A stretch of DNA of 64,000 bases from the human T2T-CHM13v2.0 reference genome, Homo sapiens. Position numbers and translations under genes: made by a program. Where the stretch lies: the NCBI RefSeq assembly GCF_009914755.1, contig NC_060946.1. One strand, given 5' to 3'. This document shows positions 60,653 to 64,000 of this stretch, in pieces (positions within the stretch are counted from its first letter, which is position 1; each line of letters begins with the position of its first letter). The notes below the pieces were generated by a model that ran no database searches, was not told where the DNA came from, and worked only from the letters and a program-made list of their open reading frames with translations.

Positions 60653-61892
60653 CTCTTTTCTCTTCACTGGAGCTTCCACCTAGGTCCACACAGCCTTTTA
60701 CCAGCCTTCCTGAGTGCCCACTGCACCAGGCCAGGTGCTGGACTCTGGTTCATCCTCCTGCCCATTGCTCTGGATAAGTGGGGGCTAAAGCCCAGGAGCG
60801 TTTTGTAAAGATGGGATCACGGGCCCTGGGGTGCTTCCGCTACCCCCCAAGCCCTTCAGACCCCACTGGCCCCTTTCTGCTCTCCATACCCTAAGGGAAG
60901 GCTATGTCCTGACAAGTCCTCGCGCCTCCTCTTGCTAAAGCTGACAGTCGCCTGCCAGGGGGATTAACTGGAACGCCACGGGCAATTGATCCCAACAAGC
61001 TTAAGATGTCCCGTTCCAGGAGAAGGCCCTGCTGACAGGGGAGGCAGCTGCTGAGGCTGCTGGCAGGGATCCTGCAAGAGCAGCTGTGAGCCCTCAGCCT
61101 GTCCTGGGGGACAGGCCCTGGGAGGGGAGGGGAGAAGGACAGTGCTGGGTGTATTGGGGTCATGGCTGCCCCCGCCAGGAGGGAGCTGGGGGTCCTGGGG
61201 CTGCCCCAAGAGGTGCCAGAGGATTCAGGAATTCGGTGGGGGCGGGCAGTGGAGGCGCCCGGGGGTACTCAGGTGGCTGATTTATGAGGCCAGATTAAGA
61301 AGACTGATGGCCTGTCCCTTAGCCAAGAAATGAGTCCTGTTGCAAACCGTTGAAGGGCACAAAGGTGGAGGAGGGAGAGGCTTTGTAGACAGTGGTTTGG
61401 GAGTAATGAGGAATAATGGGCTGAAACAGAGCCGGATAGCAGGAAAGCTGGCTTGGCTGTGAAGTCTGCATGAGCTGGAAGCCAGCGCTGGCAGCGAGGG
61501 ATAGGGCCGTGATCTTGAATCATGGGGAACCTGACTGGACCAGGCGTGGGAGGCAGAATGGGATTTGGCCCAAGACTATTCGTCTGCAGCCACCTTGGGC
61601 TATGCGGTCACCCTGCTGTCCCTGGACTGCCTAACTCAGGTGGGTCAGAAGTTGGCCTATGTTCCCACTCTAGTGGGGCACCTGCAGGCTGCCTGTGGGT
61701 CCGGAGTGGCCAGGAGGGGTTGGGGCCCCAAAGAGTGACTGGCTGGAGGAGGAAAGCTGCAGGTGTGGCCTGGGCCCTGGGCTCCAGGCAGGCTGAGACC
61801 CCATTGCACAGTGGGGCACCTGAGGCCACAGTGTGCAGGGCAGGGATGCCAACGCCACAAGGGCCAGTTCCAGAGCCCAGCTTTCTGTTTAG

Positions 61893-62199
<307 letters not shown>

Positions 62200-63956
62200 T
62201 GTTTAGGATTCTTGAAGCAAATCCCATTTCTGTTCAGGAGCCGCAAAGTAAATTTCGAGAGGAGCTCCGCTTCCTGCCTGGCAAAGGACCTATGGGGAAA
62301 GTTCTGGAAGACCAGGAAGGCTGGCCTCACCACTTCCCCATGCTCATGAAAGCATTTTGTGAGCTCCCTGAGACATGTTCCGGGATCCGAAGCCCCCCTG
62401 GGGAAGTGTGCTGCGTCTTGGGCCTTGTCCACAGGAGCGTGAGTGGGACGTTTGAAATTTCCTAAACTGATGACCAGGCTTCACGCCGCTCAAGTCCGCC
62501 ACAGCCTGCAGAGGCCACCCCCAGGCAGGGCCCATCCATCTGTGCCCACGCAAGCTCCTGTGCTGGATGAAGCTGCCCCGTGACTCAGGTTCTGACTCAG
62601 CGCCAGCTAGGTGGGCATAGGCCATGCTGGCCAGGGTACTCTTCCTGGAGGTGTGGGTGCCCCGGGAGTGTGGGCATGGCCCCAGGGGGCAGCTCTGGGC
62701 AGCATGGCTTTCCTGGGCACCTACTTGGACTCTTGTGGCCTGGGAGGCAGGAAGCGTTTCTCCCTGTTTTGCAGGTGAGAAGGTGGATGCTGGAAAAGTC
62801 CATGCCTTGCTCAAGGCCACACGGTTGCCAGGTGGGTTTGAACGAGGTTTATCTGACTCCAGGGCCCTTGCTCTGACCCAGTCCATCCTGCCGCTCCCCA
62901 GACGTCTGCAGGGCGGGTGAACCTCTCTAGGAAGAGGGTTGAGATGGCCGTGCTGTGTGTGCAGACCCTGCCTGGCTCAGACAGGCTCTGTCCTTAGTTA
63001 CGTGACCTTGAATGAACGGTGTCACCACCCCCAGCCTCTCCCAGAAAAAGGGGCAGGAGCTGTTACCCACTTTGGTGGTGGTGGGAGGCAGGTGAGTAGG
63101 GAGCCAAGCCTATAAAACTGAGTCAGCTCAGCCCTGTGCAGGTGCCGGTGTCCGTCCCCTGCCTTCTGAGGGCCAGTGCGTGCTGCTTCCCTGGGCCCTG
63201 CGGAGGCCCCTGCACTGTCAACGGGGATGATGTCCCCTCCTCATGCAAAACAGCTCTCCCAGGGTAGGCCCTGATGGGCCACGCACACTGGCCACATCCT
63301 GCTCTGATCTGCGTCTTCTGGGACAGCTCAGTGTGGCCATCTTGGACCTGGTGGTCCACCAGGTCCTGCAGCCGGAGCCTGTCCCTCCCCACCCCGCCTT
63401 GGGGCACTCTGCTTTGCAGCAGCCTTGCTGTGGTGTCTCTCCCTTCCCGCTGGCAGACAGCAGTGTTTCGGGCACACAAAGGATTCATCTGTAGGGTTCT
63501 TATTTCCCCATGAAACTCGGTGCTTGACAGACAGGAGTGGCATCTCTGTGCAGCCATAGACAAAAGTGAGAGCGTCCTCCCCGCCCCCACACAGCAGACC
63601 CCGCCCTGGACTCCTGGGGTGACGCTCAGCAGACCGGGGCTTAAATTCGGCTTCACAGCTCATGAGCAGTCACACTCCGTGTAGATTTGTATTCAGGGAA
63701 GGCTTTGGGGAAAAGTAATAAAAAATCGGGGGAGGGAGCAGCTCAACACGCCCAAGTAAGATTTCTCATTAGTTTGAAAGATGGACAAGGAACCTGCTCT
63801 TTAATGAAGAAAATGGATTGTGCCCTGACTAAGTAGTCTGGAACTTGGAGACGGCGCTGCGGCTCTGGTTCTGACCTTCACAGACGTCTCAGAATACACC
63901 CAGCTTCAAACCCAGCGAGGACCTGCCCAGTTTGGGGTGACTTTAAGATTCTCATC

Positions 63957-64000
63957 TGGCAGGGCGCGGTGGTTCGTGCCTGTAATGCCAGCACTTGGGA
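63957..64000 (+). mobile_element. Alu 5' start, cut by the window edge
   Basis: ggcagggcgcggtggttcgtgcctgtaatgccagcactt. Confidence 0.75.

Overview
Human (primate) genomic DNA, GC-rich, with Alu, MIR, L2, L1 and LTR remnants. It holds the 3' two-thirds of CACNA1I (T-type voltage-gated Ca2+ channel Cav3.3/alpha1I) on the + strand. I traced 30 coding exons (conventional exons 8-37, 3479-43315) with consistent splice phases. They encode IS6, the I-II loop, repeats II-IV (pore motifs TQEDW, SKDGW, TGDNW, i.e. the E-D-D part of the T-type EEDD filter) and the C-terminus. A ~3.3 kb 3' UTR ends near AATAAA at 46644; the remaining ~17 kb is repeat-rich intergenic DNA with no credible gene. I found no new protein-coding system; almost all other ORFs in the track are GC-rich or low-complexity noise. 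The most interesting signals concern isoform control: (i) cassette exon 9 looks like an exonised antisense MIR with a GC donor; (ii) two consecutive introns use GC-AG; (iii) intron 36 has a read-through stop, an AATAAA in a probable L2 tail and a G-rich tandem repeat, which together could produce a short C-terminal isoform; (iv) a 149-bp, ~91% identical duplication links introns 18 and 24; (v) there are in-frame alternative splice sites in the II-III loop, a perfect RFX X-box downstream of the gene and several VNTR-like repeats. Repeat family calls rest on recalled consensus sequences and need RepeatMasker/Dfam confirmation.
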